The notes under the pieces were generated by a model. The model was not told the DNA's origin. It worked only from the letters and a program-made list of their open reading frames with translations, and did no database searches. From a virus (taxonomy: Duplodnaviria > Caudoviricetes), in IMG/VR virus record IMGVR_UViG_3300025018_000302, positions 1-37,155 of that record: a stretch of 37,155 nucleotides of DNA; one strand, given 5' to 3'. Positions 34,124 to 37,155 of the stretch are shown piece after piece; the stretch's first letter is position 1; the number at the start of each line of letters is the position of its first letter. The position numbers and the translations under genes were made by a program.

Positions 34124-34777
34124 ATGGCTGAATTTGATCCTAAAAAAAGTATATATGGTTGGAATAAAGATTCACTTTCGTGGTCTGCTTTCTCAACATG
34201 GTTATCTAGCAAAGACCAATATCGGTTACGATATTATTTTGAAGACCGCCCAAGTTTTCAAACTGCTGAAACGATGTTCGGAAACCACATCGGGAAATAC
34301 CTTGAAGATGGTCATGCTGATGTGGCACATATCGAACAGTATTCACACCCTGAACACCGAATTTCAGTGACTATTGAAGGGGTGAAACTGATTGGATATC
34401 TTGATAGTTTTGATCCAAAGAAAAACCGATTCTTGGAATACAAGACATCACACAAAAATAAAAAAGGTGAGCATTATTGGAATGCTGTTAAAGTTGCAAA
34501 ACATAAACAACTTGATTTCTACTCATTACTAATTCAGAAGAAATACGGATCAGTTCAAGAAGAGTGCAAATTGATTTATATGGAAACTGAAGAAACTCCT
34601 TTGCTGTATAAGGGAAGGAAGCTTGAAGCGATGAACAAGGGGCTTCGCCTTACCGGTGAGGTCAAAGAGTTCAAACGCAAGATTGAGCAGTGGGAACGAA
34701 ATTTCATGCAACAGGAAATTAAGAAGATTGCTAAGGCAATAAAATTAGACTATGAAAGACACCGACAAAATAATTAG
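34124..34777 (+). CDS. PD-(D/E)XK superfamily exonuclease (RecB/Cas4-like)
   Basis: LSWSAFSTW, MFGNHI, LIGYLD...LEYKT, QLDFY. Confidence 0.8.
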   Translation: MAEFDPKKSIYGWNKDSLSWSAFSTWLSSKDQYRLRYYFEDRPSFQTAETMFGNHIGKYLEDGHADVAHIEQYSHPEHRISVTIEGVKLIGYLDSFDPKKNRFLEYKTSHKNKKGEHYWNAVKVAKHKQLDFYSLLIQKKYGSVQEECKLIYMETEETPLLYKGRKLEAMNKGLRLTGEVKEFKRKIEQWERNFMQQEIKKIAKAIKLDYERHRQNN

Positions 34778-35036
34778 TGAGCATTACAGCAAGATGTCGA
34801 AAAAGCGACACAAGGTGAATCCACCATCAAAGGATCACTTCAAGTTGATGCAAAAGAAATCTGTTGAAGCTCGCCGAAAAAAGAAAAATGAAAACAAGTC
34901 AAAAGAAAAAAATAAAGAAGCGTAAAGAATGGGTGAAGATGCGGAATGTTATGAAGAATAATATTTCCAAAGTACCCCGCCCAATTCGCATGATTGGTAC
35001 TCACGAAAGTGATGATGATATTACTGTTATAAAATC

Positions 35037-35456
35037 ATGAGGTGGGTAAACATTTCAAAAGAAAAACCGCCACAATGGATTCTCGATGCCGTTAAAGAGA
35101 AGTGGGGCGTGGTTTGGGAATCTACTGTGATCTTTACTTATGGCGACATCATTTCCACTTCTTCCGGCTCAATGACTGAAGATCTGATTGCTCATGAGCA
35201 AACCCATGTTCGCCAACAGAAAGCGATGGGGGCTGATTTGTGGTGGAAGCGATATCTTGAAGACGATGAATTTCGGTATAGCCAAGAACTTGAAGCTTAT
35301 CGGAATCAGTATCAGTGGTTGGTGAAAAACATCAAGGATCGCAATGAGGTATTTAAATATTTAGAGCATTACGCACGATCACTTTCCGGTGCGATGTATG
35401 GAAATATGGTGCAATATAGTGTGGCTTTTAAGCTTATCAAGGGTGTGTATAAGTAG
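35037..35456 (+). CDS. HExxH zincin-like protein
   Basis: LIAHEQTHVRQQ and ELEAY third-ligand motif. Confidence 0.7.
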   Translation: MRWVNISKEKPPQWILDAVKEKWGVVWESTVIFTYGDIISTSSGSMTEDLIAHEQTHVRQQKAMGADLWWKRYLEDDEFRYSQELEAYRNQYQWLVKNIKDRNEVFKYLEHYARSLSGAMYGNMVQYSVAFKLIKGVYK

Positions 35457-35467
35457 TGTTGTGGTTT

Positions 35468-35486
35468 GCGTACTGTACGTTATAAT
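35468..35486 (+). promoter_or_regulatory. Operator-like site abutting a -10 box
   Basis: GCGTACTGTACGT immediately followed by TATAAT, same arrangement as 30089-30107. Confidence 0.65.
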
Positions 35487-35515
35487 AATCATGTTACAAA
35501 TAATTCATATCGAAT

Positions 35516-35815
35516 ATGAAAAAAATATATGAGCAGTACGCCGATTTAAAAGCACAAGCCAAAGAGATTGATTTGAAGATTAAAGCAATCAATCCATTGA
35601 TCCTTGAAGACATGAAAGAAAAGGGGAATGACAAACTTGAAACACCTTTTGGAAAATTCATTGTCAAAGAATTGGTTTCATGGGAATACAGCGATGCAGT
35701 TGATAACGCAAAAGCAAAGCTAGTGAACCTTCAAGAAAAGGAACAGAAGACCGGCATCGCAAAATCATCAATGAAGCCATCATTAACATTTAATGTTCCT
35801 AAAAATGATAAGTAA
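35516..35815 (+). CDS. Hypothetical coiled-coil phage protein
   Basis: 99 aa ORF after promoter. Confidence 0.65.
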   Translation: MKKIYEQYADLKAQAKEIDLKIKAINPLILEDMKEKGNDKLETPFGKFIVKELVSWEYSDAVDNAKAKLVNLQEKEQKTGIAKSSMKPSLTFNVPKNDK

Positions 35816-35999
35816 AATCATATTTGTGGGGATCGCACTTGCAATTGGTGCATTCGCACTTTGGCATGCTGAAGCAAGTACACAAGAATTGTTTCGATAC
35901 GATGATTGCGTTCAGGAACGAATGGAAGCAGAAGGTTCAAGAATGACTTTGGAAGAAGGGTGGAAAGCTTATCAGGAAATTTGTAATTACGGTGAATAA
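35805..35999 (+). CDS. Small membrane or secreted protein
   Basis: MISKIIFVGIALAIGAFALW N-terminal hydrophobic helix. Confidence 0.55.
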   Translation: MISKIIFVGIALAIGAFALWHAEASTQELFRYDDCVQERMEAEGSRMTLEEGWKAYQEICNYGE

Positions 36000-36001
36000 T
36001 T

Positions 36002-36148
36002 ATGGCAACTCAAATTGAAGTAGCACCGGAAGAAATCACAGTGGCATTTTTAGAAGTTTTAATCATGCCAAACGGTGAAATAATCCATGAAGGACAATCA
36101 TTAGGTTGGTTTGAACAAAAGAAGAAGTATCTTTTTAAGAAAGAATAA
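36002..36148 (+). CDS. Hypothetical 48-aa protein, not in ORF track
   Basis: Manual translation MATQIEVAPEEITVAFLEVLIMPNGEIIHEGQSLGWFEQKKKYLFKKE; 2-nt spacing to neighbours. Confidence 0.55.
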   Translation: MATQIEVAPEEITVAFLEVLIMPNGEIIHEGQSLGWFEQKKKYLFKKE

Positions 36149-36150
36149 TC

Positions 36151-37155
36151 ATGTTTAAAAAATATCCAAAGATTCACCGGTTAGGAAAGGAAGAAACTGA
36201 TTTCATCCTTAATGGTACATGTGTGATTCAAGAAAAGATTGATGGTGCAAACGTATCAATTTGGTTGGGTGAAGATGGCACACTTCAGTGTGGAACACGC
36301 ACCCGACACCTGACTGATCCAACAGAATCGTTTAATGGCTTCAGGGAATATGTAAACGCCCATGAGGGAATGAAGACGTTCTTTGAACATAATCCAACAC
36401 TTCGATTGTGTGGTGAGTGGCTTGTAAAGCACACCATCGCATACGATGAAACCAAGATGCGGAAGTTTTATCTGTTCGACATCACCACTAGAACTGAAGG
36501 AATTAAGTGTGAAAGCTGTCATGGTAATGGATGGGTTGAAGGTGGTCAGCATCCTGTCACCAGTGAACAAGAAACCCTTGATTGTCCAAACTGTGAAAAG
36601 GGAACTTATTACCCACCTGAACCTTACTTCGATCAGGACTTTGTGCAGAAAATAGCGTTCCAGTATGAGATGGAATACCCGCAAGTGTTTGGTGTCTTTG
36701 AGAATCCAACAGAAGAAGACCTGAAGCAGTTTGTAGGGAAGTCAGCACTTGGTCAGAATGGTGAAGGTATCGTGATCAAAAATTACGCTCACAAAGATAA
36801 GTGGGGTAATCACTGCCATGCAAAGATGATCACCGAAGCCTTTCTTGAAGATAATGGTGTGGCTTTTGGTGGGAACAACAAGCATTCAGACACCTATTGG
36901 GAAATGTACATCACCAATAAATACATGACCCTTTCACGCATCCAAAAGCAGATGAATAAACTTCAGCCTGAAATTGATCGCCGGTTAAGTGAAATTGAAA
37001 TTCCACGCATTGCTTCAATGGCGTATCACGACATGTTGACTGAAGAGATTTGGGAAATCAGCAAGAAGGTTCAGATGGTGAACTTCCAAACATTGAAGCG
37101 GGTTGCGACTAAGAAGGCAATTCAGATTTATAAGGATGTGTTGAACGACACTGTT
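36151..37155 (+). CDS. ATP-dependent RNA ligase (Rnl2-like), truncated at window end, absent from ORF track
   Basis: Manual translation open for 335 codons: FKKYPKI, motif I QEKIDGAN, III CGEW, IIIa FYLFDI, IV GEGIVIK, V AK; C-terminal TLSRIQK helical domain. Confidence 0.88.
   Translation, partial: MFKKYPKIHRLGKEETDFILNGTCVIQEKIDGANVSIWLGEDGTLQCGTRTRHLTDPTESFNGFREYVNAHEGMKTFFEHNPTLRLCGEWLVKHTIAYDETKMRKFYLFDITTRTEGIKCESCHGNGWVEGGQHPVTSEQETLDCPNCEKGTYYPPEPYFDQDFVQKIAFQYEMEYPQVFGVFENPTEEDLKQFVGKSALGQNGEGIVIKNYAHKDKWGNHCHAKMITEAFLEDNGVAFGGNNKHSDTYWEMYITNKYMTLSRIQKQMNKLQPEIDRRLSEIEIPRIASMAYHDMLTEEIWEISKKVQMVNFQTLKRVATKKAIQIYKDVLNDTV

Noticed and set aside
34124-34777. cas4 as part of a CRISPR system
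   Set aside because: No Fe-S cysteine cluster, no other cas genes; stand-alone phage exonuclease is the simpler call
36256-36748. Three short ORFs listed near the right end
   Set aside because: They are shadows of the RNA ligase frame starting at 36151
1-37155. Stop-codon reassignment (code 25 or 15)
   Set aside because: Long conserved genes are uninterrupted in code 11, and TGA/TAG end genes at sensible positions (e.g. terL TGA, helicase TAG)
1-37155. Integrase, reverse transcriptase/DGR, retron or DNA polymerase
   Set aside because: No recognisable motifs in any ORF; lifestyle cannot be determined from the sequence

Overview
This window looks like a near-complete ~37 kb podovirus-like dsDNA phage genome. 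The host is probably Patescibacteria/CPR (Parcubacteria-like), inferred from the pilin leader, the PG-binding domain style, and SD-less or leaderless genes in genetic code 11. The minus strand from 2.5 to 20.8 kb carries lysis and virion genes (terS, terL, portal, scaffold, capsid, tail, ejection proteins). Replication genes (primase, ATPase/helicase, NUMOD4-HNH, and an adenine MTase frameshifted in a G9 tract) lie at 21.8-25.2 kb, and accessory genes fill the rest. The standout is an RNA-centred toolkit. A promoter drives an array of four small RNAs at 26001-26434 that share a covarying stem plus an AACRGCRA motif: two circularly permuted tRNA-like RNAs, one tRNA-like RNA carrying the motif in the opposite permutation, and one bare anticodon-like hairpin. 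The array sits directly upstream of a DUF2828 (helical + vWA, Ro60/TROVE-like architecture) gene. The genome also encodes a tmRNA, a D-arm-reduced tRNA(CAT), an RNA ligase missed by the ORF track, and a PseT-type polynucleotide kinase/phosphatase. Also seen: a candidate 5'UTR/3'UTR RNA switch around the major capsid gene and a repeated 13-bp operator overlapping several promoters. All calls are from reading the sequence by eye; no searches were run.
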